From Acidobacteriota bacterium (GTDB taxonomy: Bacteria > Acidobacteriota > UBA890 > WLXD01): DNA of 64,000 nt. Below the pieces are notes generated by a model. That model ran no database searches. It saw only the letters and a program-made list of their open reading frames with translations, and was not told the origin of the DNA. Each line of letters starts with the position of its first letter. Position 1 is the stretch's first letter. The stretch covers positions 352,001 to 416,000 of the forward strand of contig CAXWPH010000006.1 in the NCBI GenBank assembly GCA_963666055.2, given 5' to 3'. A program made the position numbers and the translations under genes. Of the stretch, positions 19,125 through 29,024 are shown piece by piece.

Positions 19125-20552
19125 TCAGTGAATCAGCAGGATTCGTTCATTGGGGGGATAAAGATACTCGACCCCCCGGCTGGTCACGATGTGATTGCCC
19201 TCGATGTTGATCGACACGGGGTAGCCGGGACGTTCGGGAAGATTCGTGTGAACCATGTACTCGAAAGAGAACATATGGTTCTCCTGAATCACCAAGTGAT
19301 CTCGGTCTGATCGGAATGGTGCCACCGAAGGCCCCACCGTCACCAGGCTGCCGCTGTTGTTGCCCTGACTGTGGAGGTCGATGGAAAACCCGGACCTGTC
19401 GGTGTCGATCAGTGCCTCCTGCACGAGCTTGTAGTCGTCTTCGCCGATGTCGATAAAGGGTGTGTAGATGTAGTCGGCGGCTTCCAGGGCCTCGACGATG
19501 GCGGCCAAGGTCTCACCCGCCGTTCTACCCACCCTGATCTGGCCGCGGATAATCTCGCGAGCCCCGACGGCTCGATCGAAAGCATGCTGAATGCTCGCCG
19601 GCGCGGCCGTCTCTCCTTCTCGAAGGACATAAGCGTTGCGCTTGTAGTCGGTGGAGAAGTAGTCGAGATACCTGACCCCGGTGTCGTAGCTCAGGAAATC
19701 ACCGCGCTGGATGACGTAGTCGCGGCCACCGGATCGCCTAGGCGTCGATGCGGTCGCCGAATACAAAACGCCGGGCGAGCCCGCGCCCCCGTCGGGACCT
19801 CGCAACAGGCCCCGCTGGTGAAACTGCTCCCGCACCCACGCACCCACCTCTCCCAAGGTGGTCGTGCCCGGCGTTATGACCTCGTTGGACAGCGCCCGCT
19901 CGAGGATTTTCCGGTGTATCTCCAGCGCGTTGGCGTAGGCGACGATCTCGCGTTGGGTCCGGCGCACACGGAAGTCGGTGATCACGTTTTCCGCCGAGAT
20001 GATTCTCGCCGAGTACTCGGGCCCTAGGATTCTCTCGAGCTTGACGTACTGCGAGTGAGATATGCCGTCGGCGATCGCCAGCCAATCGGATGTATTGACC
20101 GCGATCGTCTCCGGGTCCCTCTCGGCGACGAAATCGCGCAGCTCATCGTAGACCGAGAAGTCTTGATCACCGTAGTCATAGCCGGCGATCGCCATACGGA
20201 TCTCCCGTGAGCCGAAGATGTCGAAGAAATCCCGATTCCCTCCGCCGCCGAACAGCGCTCGCTCGATCCGGTCGCCTCCGCGGTCGGTGAACACGAGGTA
20301 GCCCCACGCGTTGCCGAACTGCTGGACCATCGGATCGGGATCGCCCAGGCGGGTGACGTGAATCCACATGTCGACGTTGTTGTCACGCATCGCCCCGGGA
20401 AGGATCAGGTCGAGCTTCTCGGTCCGCATCAGATGGAGGATTTCCGCACTCGCTTTCGCCGTCATCACATCCGACTGCGCGTAGGCGAGCGTTACGGTGA
20501 ACAACGCAGAAATCGAAAGCACGGCTGCCTGCACAGGCATTGTGAACGTCAT
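19125..20552 (-). CDS. Secreted M24 (Xaa-Pro peptidase-like) family protein
   Basis: Signal peptide. LPGAMRDNNVDMWI, IQRGDFLSYDTG..YSTDYKRNAYVLREGE, LHSQG, SFE, IEGN. Confidence 0.85.
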   Translation of the reverse strand: MTFTMPVQAAVLSISALFTVTLAYAQSDVMTAKASAEILHLMRTEKLDLILPGAMRDNNVDMWIHVTRLGDPDPMVQQFGNAWGYLVFTDRGGDRIERALFGGGGNRDFFDIFGSREIRMAIAGYDYGDQDFSVYDELRDFVAERDPETIAVNTSDWLAIADGISHSQYVKLERILGPEYSARIISAENVITDFRVRRTQREIVAYANALEIHRKILERALSNEVITPGTTTLGEVGAWVREQFHQRGLLRGPDGGAGSPGVLYSATASTPRRSGGRDYVIQRGDFLSYDTGVRYLDYFSTDYKRNAYVLREGETAAPASIQHAFDRAVGAREIIRGQIRVGRTAGETLAAIVEALEAADYIYTPFIDIGEDDYKLVQEALIDTDRSGFSIDLHSQGNNSGSLVTVGPSVAPFRSDRDHLVIQENHMFSFEYMVHTNLPERPGYPVSINIEGNHIVTSRGVEYLYPPNERILLIH

Positions 20553-20594
20553 GACGTTCTCCCTCGGCTATCTACGTGCACCCGCATGTGGGAC

Positions 20595-21485
20595 TCAGCG
20601 TACCGGCGGCGGCTGTGAAACAAGCCACCGATACATGCCACGCACGTTCAATGGGAAGTACTCCTCGTAGCGACCCCAACTCTCGTATTGCGCTAGACGT
20701 ACGGTCGCTGCAGCTTCGTCTTCCGATTTGCCGGCCGCGATCGCTTGTCGCACGACCTCCTGTAACGCGTCGTAGTAGACGATCTGGTCGTCGATCGACT
20801 GCCGATCTCCCGGCGGATCGTGTCCGAACAGCATCGTCTCGTAGCTCAGCTCCTGCACACGCCGCAGGGTATCGAAGAAGTCGGGAAACTCGTGCGCATA
20901 CAGATCCCGATAGGGCGTCGTGCGGTTGGTTACGAAGTCGACGGCAAAGGCGATCTTGTCCTCCCTCAGGAGCGCCACGAGCATGTTGTCCGTGTGGCTC
21001 TTGCCCAAGTAGTAGAGGTCGAGAGTTCGCCCACCGTGGTGGAGCGTCATGCGATCGGTAAAGGTGATCGTCGGGAGCGGTAGAGCAGGGTCTGCCGCCA
21101 CCCGGATCGGCTCGACGGCATTGGCGTGCGCGATGATCGGCACCTCTCCGAAAGCGGCTTGCAAGACCATCGCGCCGGTGGCGTGATCATCATGGCTGTG
21201 GCTGTAGATGATCGCCAGCAGCTTCGCTCCGGGCGCCACCCGCTGGATCTCCCGAGCGTAGACTCCGGCAGCCTCGACCGACAGCGGATCGAACGCGATC
21301 ACACCATCTTGCGTGACGACGAAGAGATTGTAATGCCCTCCGTAGCGGAACTGATAAACACCATCGGCCACCTCAGTGGTCTCCCAATCACCCTGGGGCA
21401 CCGGCAACCCCGAGGCCGTGGTGAGGAGCCCCGAGATCACGGCAAGGGCAAGGGCCAATGCTCCGATCCGGTACGTACATCGCAT
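20595..21485 (-). CDS. Secreted metallo-beta-lactamase-fold hydrolase
   Basis: YSHSHDDHATG, KSHTD, FGHD. Signal peptide. GAGGAG RBS before ATG 21485. Confidence 0.9.
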   Translation of the reverse strand: MRCTYRIGALALALAVISGLLTTASGLPVPQGDWETTEVADGVYQFRYGGHYNLFVVTQDGVIAFDPLSVEAAGVYAREIQRVAPGAKLLAIIYSHSHDDHATGAMVLQAAFGEVPIIAHANAVEPIRVAADPALPLPTITFTDRMTLHHGGRTLDLYYLGKSHTDNMLVALLREDKIAFAVDFVTNRTTPYRDLYAHEFPDFFDTLRRVQELSYETMLFGHDPPGDRQSIDDQIVYYDALQEVVRQAIAAGKSEDEAAATVRLAQYESWGRYEEYFPLNVRGMYRWLVSQPPPVR

Positions 21486-21753
21486 GCTCAACTCCTCGGT
21501 CACAGGCTGGAAGGTAATCGGCACGGATTCTAGATGATCTTTCGAACAATCTCCGGAACCCCCCGTTGTCACTCCCCCGGACCAGAGATAGATTCCAACC
21601 TCGCCGCGAAGTCGCGGTGCGAAGCTGACCGCCAAGGGAGGCACATCGTGCGTAGGACGTGCACTTTTCCCGTTCCTCATCGTTGCCGCCGAGTACGAAG
21701 CGCGGTCGCAAGAGTCGTCGGGACCCATCAGCAGGCCGGCGCCGCAAAACGAA

Positions 21754-23532
21754 GTGCGTTTGGAAAAAGCCCGCATGGTCCCAATGCGGGACGGGGTACG
21801 GCTCGCAACCGATCTGTATTTCCCGGAAGTTGCCGACGAGACACTGCCCGTCGTCCTCATCCGCACTCCCTACAACAAGAACGAGTTTCGCGACGACAAA
21901 GACAGCGACGCCTACATGTTCGCGTCACGAGGCTTCGTTGTGGCCGTGCAGGACAGCCGCGGGAAGTTCGAATCCGAGGGGATCTACTCGCCGCCGGCGG
22001 GCAGCGAGGCCGAGGACGGCTACGACGCCGTCGACTGGATTGCCAAACAACCTTGGTCCAATGGTAAGGTCGGGATGCACGGTTGCTCATATCCGGCCGA
22101 GGTGCAGGCCGCCACGGCGCCGCTGAAGCACCCGAACCTGACCACGATGATCCCCCGAAACGGGCCGTTCATCGGTGCCGCGAACGGCCGGTATCGGTAC
22201 TGGTCGGGCTTCAAGGGCGGGGTTCTCGACTTCGCAGCCACCCTGCCGTGGTACTTCAGCAGCGGCAACAAGTATTCCTTCAAGCCACCTCCGGGGCTCT
22301 CAGACGAGGAGATCGCCAAGATCCGCGAGTTCTACCATCCGGAGGCAAGCGCGGCACCGGAGCCGGATTGGGAGGAGCTCGTCTGGACGTTGCCCCTCAT
22401 CGACGTAATGAACAAGGCGGGGGCGCCGCCGAATGATTTCCTCGACCTGGTGACGCGGGATTTTGACGACCCGTGGTGGCACGACACGATGGGCTACTAC
22501 GACGGCACCGAGACCATCGCCGTCCCGGCTCTACACGTGAGCTCCTGGTACGACATCAGCGTCGACGAGACGATCTACGAGTTCAACTACTTCCGCGAGC
22601 GAGCCGTTACGGAGATCGCCGCCGACAATCAGTTTCTGATCATTGCCCCAACGACCCATTGCAGCTATGACCGCGCCATAGAACACACCCTGGTCGGCGA
22701 TCGGGATATCGGCGACGCGCGACTCGACTACTACTCGATCTATATCAAGTGGTTCGAGTACTGGCTCAAGGGAGAACAAACCGGCGTCACGGACATGCCG
22801 AAGGTCCAGTACTACACGATGGGCAGCAACGAGTGGCGCTCCGCCGACAGATGGCCGCTGAGCAAGACCGAATTCACCAAGTACTTCCTGCACAGCGGTG
22901 GCGATGCGAACAGTCGCTACGGCGAAGGGCAGCTTTCCACCATGGCTCCCGGCGACGAGCCCGCGGACATCTTCTTTTACGACCCCGCACATCCGGTGCC
23001 GTCCATGGGTGGTCCACGGGGTACCTCCTGGGGCACATCCTCCGGTGCGATTGATCAAGGTAGCATCGAGGTTCGCAACGACGTGCTGGTCTACACCACA
23101 CCGCCGCTGGAAGAAGGCATCGAGCTGACCGGCCCGATCACCGCCGTGTTCTACGTGTCGTCTTCGGCGAAGGATACGGATTTCACCGCCAAGCTCGTGG
23201 ACGTGTACCCCGATGGCACGGCCTACAACATTCAAGGTGGAATTCTGCGCGCCCGGTATCGCGAAGGATTCACCAAGAAAGTATGGATGGAAGAGGGCGG
23301 CGTGTACCGGATTCAGGTCGACCTGGATGCCACGAGCAACTACTTCGCACCGGGGCACAGGATTCGACTACAGGTGTCGAGCAGTGACTTCCCGGCCTAC
23401 GAGCGCAATCTGAACACCGGCGGCAACAACTACGATGAGACGGAATGGATCATCGCCGAGAATACGATCCATCATTCCCAGCAATACCCCTCTCATCTGG
23501 TCCTCCCGGTGATTCCGAGTCGGGACGACTAG
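21754..23532 (+). CDS. CocE/NonD family hydrolase
   Basis: VPMRDGVRLATDLY, RTPYNK, QDSRGKFESEG, GCSY, SWYD. The true start may be GTG 21648 (good RBS) with a frameshift. Confidence 0.92.
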   Translation: MRLEKARMVPMRDGVRLATDLYFPEVADETLPVVLIRTPYNKNEFRDDKDSDAYMFASRGFVVAVQDSRGKFESEGIYSPPAGSEAEDGYDAVDWIAKQPWSNGKVGMHGCSYPAEVQAATAPLKHPNLTTMIPRNGPFIGAANGRYRYWSGFKGGVLDFAATLPWYFSSGNKYSFKPPPGLSDEEIAKIREFYHPEASAAPEPDWEELVWTLPLIDVMNKAGAPPNDFLDLVTRDFDDPWWHDTMGYYDGTETIAVPALHVSSWYDISVDETIYEFNYFRERAVTEIAADNQFLIIAPTTHCSYDRAIEHTLVGDRDIGDARLDYYSIYIKWFEYWLKGEQTGVTDMPKVQYYTMGSNEWRSADRWPLSKTEFTKYFLHSGGDANSRYGEGQLSTMAPGDEPADIFFYDPAHPVPSMGGPRGTSWGTSSGAIDQGSIEVRNDVLVYTTPPLEEGIELTGPITAVFYVSSSAKDTDFTAKLVDVYPDGTAYNIQGGILRARYREGFTKKVWMEEGGVYRIQVDLDATSNYFAPGHRIRLQVSSSDFPAYERNLNTGGNNYDETEWIIAENTIHHSQQYPSHLVLPVIPSRDD

Positions 23533-23551
23533 TGCCCTGTAGGCACCCGGC

Positions 23552-26347
23552 CTATTGGAACGTCTTGTCGTACCAGAAGTCCTGAAGGATGCGCGACGTC
23601 TGCGTGAGGACCGCTCCACCCGCCTGCAGCTGTACCCGGTATTGTCCGGGCTGAACGCGGTGTAGCACGTACTCTCTTCCCCGCATTCCCGGCCGCCCCT
23701 GCACTCTCGTCCTCAGCGAGAGTCCGGTTCGGCCGACCTCCTCGTCGGGGGCTCCGAAGAACTCGTTGGTGTCGTAATAGTCGTAGAAAGGCTCCGGCTC
23801 ACCGGTTCTCATCTGCTCATCCCAGCGGGCTACCGCTTCCGGCGATTTCTTGGCGCCCCGCCGAGTCATTCCCCACATGACGCTGTTGAGTCCCGCGTTC
23901 CCCGGACCCTCGAGCTCATTGATCAGAATCACCCCGTCGTAGACCGACAGGGTCACGCCCTCCGGAATCCCGTTCTTGAGGTAGTAGTTGAGCATCACGC
24001 CGTGCGGCTCGTTCTCGCCTTCGAAGTTCTGATCGGCGACCGCAGTCTGCCGTGGCATGACCCACTGAACCTTCGTCTCGATCTGGAACAAATGGGCGTC
24101 GCTGTCGATGACCTCTTGGGTCAGCTCCTGAAGCGGCGAGATGTCGGCGATATAGAAGCCGCGCCCGAAGGTGCCAACCACGAGATCGTTCTCGCGCGGA
24201 TGAATGACCAGATCGTGCACCGGAACGGTCGGAAGGTTGTTCTTCAGCTCACTCCAGTGGCGCCCGCCATCGAGCGTCACGTGTACGGTTCGGTCGGTTC
24301 CCACGAAGAGCAGATTCGGGTTCTTGTGATCTTCGCGGATCACGTTGATGCTCTCGTCGGGCAAGTTGCTGGCTATTGATGTCCAGGTGTCGCCGTAATC
24401 GGTCGTCTTGTAGACGAACGGTGCGGAGTCGACCATGTGGCGGCCCGTGAACGTCACGTAGGCGGTGCCCGCAGCGTGGTGCGACGCGATGATTCTCGAC
24501 ACCCAGTATTCGGGGTTGTCGGGAATATTGTCGTTGAGGAGCGTCCAGCTCTCGCCGCTGTCACGGCTCACCTGCACGTTGCCGTCATCGGATCCGGCCC
24601 ACAGCACACCCTGTTCGACCGGTGATTCGTCGATGGTTGTCAACGTGCCGTATTGACTGACCTCACGGCCGCCGAACTTCGACTCGTCGTGCTTGGTGAG
24701 GTCGGGGCTGACTTCCTCCCAGCGCTCGCCGCGGAACGGAGACTTCAGAAGAATGTTGGCCCCGTGGTAGATCACGTCCGGGTTGTGCGGTGAGATCAGC
24801 AGCGGGGCATTCCAGTTGAAGCGGAGGTCGCGGTTACCGCGGTAACGGATCCTACGTCGCACGCCAGTCTTCTGGTCGTTGCGCGAGAGGCCACCGAACT
24901 GTGATTCCGAATAGAGCCAACGGCCGTTCGTCGGGTCGACCAAGTTGTAGAAACCATCGCCGCCCTGCACGTGTTCCCAATCCTCGAAGCGGATGGGGAA
25001 CCTGCCCTTCTTGGCGCTCGGGCCCTTCCAGGAGCCGAAATCCTGCAGGCCGGCATAGACGTTGTAGGGATACTCCATGTCCACGCCGATGGCGTAGATC
25101 TGCGCCATCGATACGTTATCGATATGGAGCCAGTTCGCCCCCGAGTCGAAGCTCATCGCGAAGCCGTAGTCGTATCCCAACAACATATGCTCGCTGTTTT
25201 CCGCATCGATCCAGAGAACGTGATTGTCGCCGCCGTACTCGAAGGCACGCGACCAGCTTCGACCGCCGTCGGTCGATCTGTGGACCATCGACGCCATCAC
25301 GTAGACGGTGTTCTCGTCGATGGGGTCGACGACAATCTGGCCGTAGTAGTTGTTGCGCTCACCGACGGCGGCTTCGGTGGTCTGGCGCCACGAATCCCCG
25401 CCGTCGTCGGTTCGGTAGACGACGTTCCCCACCGGTTCAACAGACGCCGGCTGGCCAGCCTGGACCTCACGCCAACGATCTTCGTAGGAGACTTCGGCGG
25501 AATTGTCGTTCTCGATGACCGCGTAGAGAATCTCCGGATTCCGCCGGTACATCGTCAGACCGATCTTGCCGAGCAATCCGCCGGGAAGACCATTCGATAG
25601 CTTCGTCCATGTGGAACCGCCATCAGTTGTCTTGTGAATGCCGCTGCCGGGGCCGGAGCCCGAAAACCCCCAGGGCCTGCGAATCCGCTGGTAGGTCGCC
25701 GCATAGAGAACGTCGGGGTTGCGCGGGTCCATGACGACGTCGGTAGCGCCGATCGCAATACCGTCGACGACGACTCCAAGAGACTGGGCCCATTTCTGGC
25801 CGCCGTTCGTGCTCTTGTACACGCCGCGCTGTGGACTATCCGCGTAGTACTGGCCCTGCGCCGCGACATAGACAACGTCGGGATTGGTGGGATGAACGAC
25901 CAGTCTTCCGATCTGTCCCGACTCCTGCAGGCCGACGTTCAGCCATGTCGTACCACCGTCGCCCGAACGATAGACGCCGTCGCCGTAGTAGGTGCTGTTT
26001 CTGAGGTTCCCCTCCCCGGTACCGACGTAGACGATGTTGTCGTCGGACGGGGCAACGACAACGTCGCCGATCGACGATGTTTGCTCATCGTCGAATATCG
26101 AATCGAACGTGGTCCCGTTGTTGACCGTCTTCCACAATCCTCCAGGGCCGGCGCCAACGTAGAACACGTACGGATTCTGCTGCGATACAGCGAATGCAAC
26201 CACTCTGCCACCCGGACGCGTCGGGCCGATTTCTCGGTAGTGCACCCAGTCGAGAACATTGCCTGAGCCTGACTGCCCCCGAGCGCCTGAAGCGACCATG
26301 GTGGCCAGCAGCACAAAACTCAGAGCGATCCGCTTGGACGACTTCAT
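23552..26347 (-). CDS. Secreted BNR/VPS10 (sortilin-like) beta-propeller glycosyl-hydrolase-like protein
   Basis: Signal peptide. REIGP..GGRV, repeated SxDGGxTW BNR motifs, GGDGF, RFNWNAP. Confidence 0.9.
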   Translation of the reverse strand: MKSSKRIALSFVLLATMVASGARGQSGSGNVLDWVHYREIGPTRPGGRVVAFAVSQQNPYVFYVGAGPGGLWKTVNNGTTFDSIFDDEQTSSIGDVVVAPSDDNIVYVGTGEGNLRNSTYYGDGVYRSGDGGTTWLNVGLQESGQIGRLVVHPTNPDVVYVAAQGQYYADSPQRGVYKSTNGGQKWAQSLGVVVDGIAIGATDVVMDPRNPDVLYAATYQRIRRPWGFSGSGPGSGIHKTTDGGSTWTKLSNGLPGGLLGKIGLTMYRRNPEILYAVIENDNSAEVSYEDRWREVQAGQPASVEPVGNVVYRTDDGGDSWRQTTEAAVGERNNYYGQIVVDPIDENTVYVMASMVHRSTDGGRSWSRAFEYGGDNHVLWIDAENSEHMLLGYDYGFAMSFDSGANWLHIDNVSMAQIYAIGVDMEYPYNVYAGLQDFGSWKGPSAKKGRFPIRFEDWEHVQGGDGFYNLVDPTNGRWLYSESQFGGLSRNDQKTGVRRRIRYRGNRDLRFNWNAPLLISPHNPDVIYHGANILLKSPFRGERWEEVSPDLTKHDESKFGGREVSQYGTLTTIDESPVEQGVLWAGSDDGNVQVSRDSGESWTLLNDNIPDNPEYWVSRIIASHHAAGTAYVTFTGRHMVDSAPFVYKTTDYGDTWTSIASNLPDESINVIREDHKNPNLLFVGTDRTVHVTLDGGRHWSELKNNLPTVPVHDLVIHPRENDLVVGTFGRGFYIADISPLQELTQEVIDSDAHLFQIETKVQWVMPRQTAVADQNFEGENEPHGVMLNYYLKNGIPEGVTLSVYDGVILINELEGPGNAGLNSVMWGMTRRGAKKSPEAVARWDEQMRTGEPEPFYDYYDTNEFFGAPDEEVGRTGLSLRTRVQGRPGMRGREYVLHRVQPGQYRVQLQAGGAVLTQTSRILQDFWYDKTFQ

Positions 26348-26429
26348 CACTGCCTCTCCTGAAACCCCGGCGCCCAACGAGCCCGAACACACTTCTCAGC
26401 ATTTTCTGTATGGCTCGGCGAAGAGGAAA

Positions 26430-27161
26430 TCAGCTGTTTGATCGGCTCGCTGTTTGTCGGCGCAGTCTGCCAGCCGGCGCTTCGGGTTGCCAATCCGGTC
26501 CACGTCCTTGAGGAGCGCCTTCACCGCCTGCCCACTGCCTGCGAGTCGATCGCCGGCAGCCGCGCACCTCGAAGATGGCCTCCAGCTCAACCGGCATGTT
26601 CGCCGGCAACGACGCCATGCCGACGGCGCTACGCCCGCCCTTTCCTCTCTCCTCGCCGAACACTTCGACGAGCAGCTCGCTGAAGCCGTTGATTACCTGC
26701 GGCTGCTGACCGAAGTCAGGCGTGCAATTCACCATGCCGAGCACTTTCACCAGCCTCACTACCTCATCGAGGCTGCCCAAGGTGTCGCGCACGGTGCTCA
26801 GCAGGTTGAGCCCGGCGACTCGCGCCGCCGCATATCCCTGTTCCACCGTCATGTCGGCGCCGATCTTTCCCGGCATAGGCGATCCATCGGGATAGCGTGG
26901 CGTATGACCTGCGGTGAACAAGATGTTGCCGGTGCGCACCGCCGGCACGTAGACCGCGACCGGACGTGGCGGCGGTGGCAACTCGATGCCGAGCTCCCGC
27001 AATCTCTGCTCGGGGGTCACACCCTGCGACAACCCGACCGCAGACGCCTCCGATGCCTCGGCGACGGCAGCCTCGCCCGATGTCAGCGCAAGAAGCGCGC
27101 CGCCAGCGGTGGCCAGACACTGGCTGCGCAGGAACCTTCGACGAGTTTCTCGTATCGACAT
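26430..27161 (-). CDS. RidA/YjgF-family protein with Tat signal; atypical C-terminal extension
   Basis: TRRRFL Tat motif. PEQRLRELGIELP, YVPAVRTGN, VINGFSELLVEVFGE, RSAVG, PVELEAIFEV. Confidence 0.85.
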   Translation of the reverse strand: MSIRETRRRFLRSQCLATAGGALLALTSGEAAVAEASEASAVGLSQGVTPEQRLRELGIELPPPPRPVAVYVPAVRTGNILFTAGHTPRYPDGSPMPGKIGADMTVEQGYAAARVAGLNLLSTVRDTLGSLDEVVRLVKVLGMVNCTPDFGQQPQVINGFSELLVEVFGEERGKGGRSAVGMASLPANMPVELEAIFEVRGCRRSTRRQWAGGEGAPQGRGPDWQPEAPAGRLRRQTASRSNS

Positions 27162-27301
27162 ACGTAAGTGCCTCCCTCTTGGCCCCGCTTGGGGGCAGTG
27201 ATGTCGTCCGTTTTGCCCGGGTGGGCTGAGCCGGCCGCGTGATTGTGCCCAAATCCGCGCCTGCGCGGAACTGGGCACGGCGATTCCTGCTCACGCACGG
27301 A

Positions 27302-27321
27302 CCCCCCCCCCCCCCCCCCCC
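27302..27321. repeat. C20 homopolymer
   Basis: 20 consecutive C in the divergent intergenic region. Confidence 0.9.
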
Positions 27322-27453
27322 GGACGGCGCCACAGCGGTTTCCCAGCAATCATCGCGCTTGCACCACAGTCTGGTAGCGGCAGCCCGGGTGCATCGGCTA
27401 CGGTCGATCGGCGCTGCCAGCGCAGCGGCACCTACCAGATCTGGAGGCTCAAG

Positions 27454-28571
27454 ATGAAAGTTGCTCGACTCCTGGCGATCGCTTGCTCGCTGCCATTGCT
27501 CGGCGCCGCCCTCCTGACCCCGCAGGAACCGGTCCGCTGGGACGTCGGCGGCGAAATACTCGACGAGGCGTTCAACAATTCCCAGGTCATGGAGAACGCT
27601 GGCTGGCTGACCGATGTGTTCGGGCCGCGCAACTCCAAGTCGAGCGGCTACCGGGCGGCGGCCGAGTGGTCACGGCAACGGCTCGAGGACTACGGGCTCT
27701 CCAACGCCCGGCTGGAGCCGTTCGAGTTCGGCCGTGGCTGGGAAAACAAGTACTCCTCGTTCCACATGGTCGAGCCGCAGTACATGCCGATCATCGGCTA
27801 TCCGGCAGCCTGGTCGGCGGGCACCAACGGCAAGGTCCGACTGCAAGCCATCCACGTGAACCTCGACGAGATCGAGTCGGCGGCCGACCTGGAGCCGTAC
27901 CGACAAGAGATCGCGGGGAAGGTAGTTCTGATTGAGCCCTTGCGCGACCTCAGCGACCAGTATGGGCCGTCGATCACTCCCTACAGCGAAGCAGAGCTCG
28001 ACGACATGGCCAGGATCCCGATCGGTCCGGCCGAATCGCGCCAACGTCGTCGACGCGGCGACGGGCTATCGCTGGAGCAACGTATCGACCTGGTCTTCGA
28101 GGCGGGCGCTACGGCAGTGGCGCGCACCGACGGAAGCCACGCCTACGGCACGGTCGACGGCGCGGTGAATGGCTACGCAATGGTGCGGCGCATGTGGGAG
28201 ATGACTACGACAAGCTGTCGGCATACTTCAACGTCGACAACGGCGCTGCCCGAATCAAGGGCGTCTCAGTGCTGGGAAGCGAGGCTATCCGGGGGATCTT
28301 CACCGAGTGGATCAAGCCGCTGCACAACCTCGGGATGAGACATCTGTTCCCCACCGGAATGGCACACGAGGCGTATCAAGAAGTCGGACTGCCGGGCTTC
28401 TATTTCCGCCAGGATCGCCGCGACGACCGCCGCTACCACTCCAACATGGACGTCTACGATCGCCTCATCCCCGAAGACCTCATGGCCAATTCGGTGATCC
28501 TGGCAACGTTCGTGTATCACGCCGCCATGCGCGACGAGATGCTGCCGCGGGTCGCTCCGAGACCCTGGTAG
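27454..28571 (+). pseudogene. M28 (carboxypeptidase Q-like) peptidase with internal deletion
   Basis: N-part (WLTDVFGPR, FEFGRGW, AWSAGTNG) joins out of frame at ~28197 to the C-part (SAYFNVDNG, YHSNMDVYD). The HxD, D and EE zinc/catalytic motifs are missing. Confidence 0.8.
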
Positions 28572-28619
28572 AGCTGCGCGCGCGGCCATCCAGATGCCCG
28601 AGCGACTTGCGTGCCCGCG

Positions 28620-28665
28620 ACGAAATGTCTACATTGCATATAAGTCTGCAAACTAGATATTTCGT
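28620..28665. promoter_or_regulatory. Imperfect palindrome, candidate PadR operator
   Basis: ACGAAATGTCTACATTGCA-N8-TGCAAACTAGATATTTCGT, 16 of 19 positions paired, ending 20 nt before the padR start. Confidence 0.6.
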
Positions 28666-28685
28666 TCCGGACGCAGGGGCAACAC

Positions 28686-29024
28686 ATGGGTAGGTCAGGT
28701 TTCGCCGGCGAGTTCGAACAGATGGTCCTGCTGGCGATTCTCCAGGCCGGGGACGAGGCACATGCCCCGGCGATCGCGGCGGAGCTGGAGGGCAAGGCCG
28801 GGCGCCGGGTCTCGCGCGGCGCGCTCTACGCCACCCTCGAGCGGCTCGAGGCCAAGGGTTGGATCCGCTGGCAGATCGGCGCACCAGGGGAAGATCGCGG
28901 CGGCTACCGTAAGCGGGTGTTCGATCTCACCGACGAGGGGATCGCGACGCTACGCGTGGCGCGACGCGCCATGCAGGCGATGGCCCGCGGTCTCGAGGAC
29001 GTCCTGACCGAGTCCACCTCATGA
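28686..29024 (+). CDS. PadR-family transcriptional regulator
   Basis: GEFEQMVLLAIL, VSRGALYATLERLEAKGWI, GGYRKRVFDLTDEG. Confidence 0.92.
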   Translation: MGRSGFAGEFEQMVLLAILQAGDEAHAPAIAAELEGKAGRRVSRGALYATLERLEAKGWIRWQIGAPGEDRGGYRKRVFDLTDEGIATLRVARRAMQAMARGLEDVLTESTS

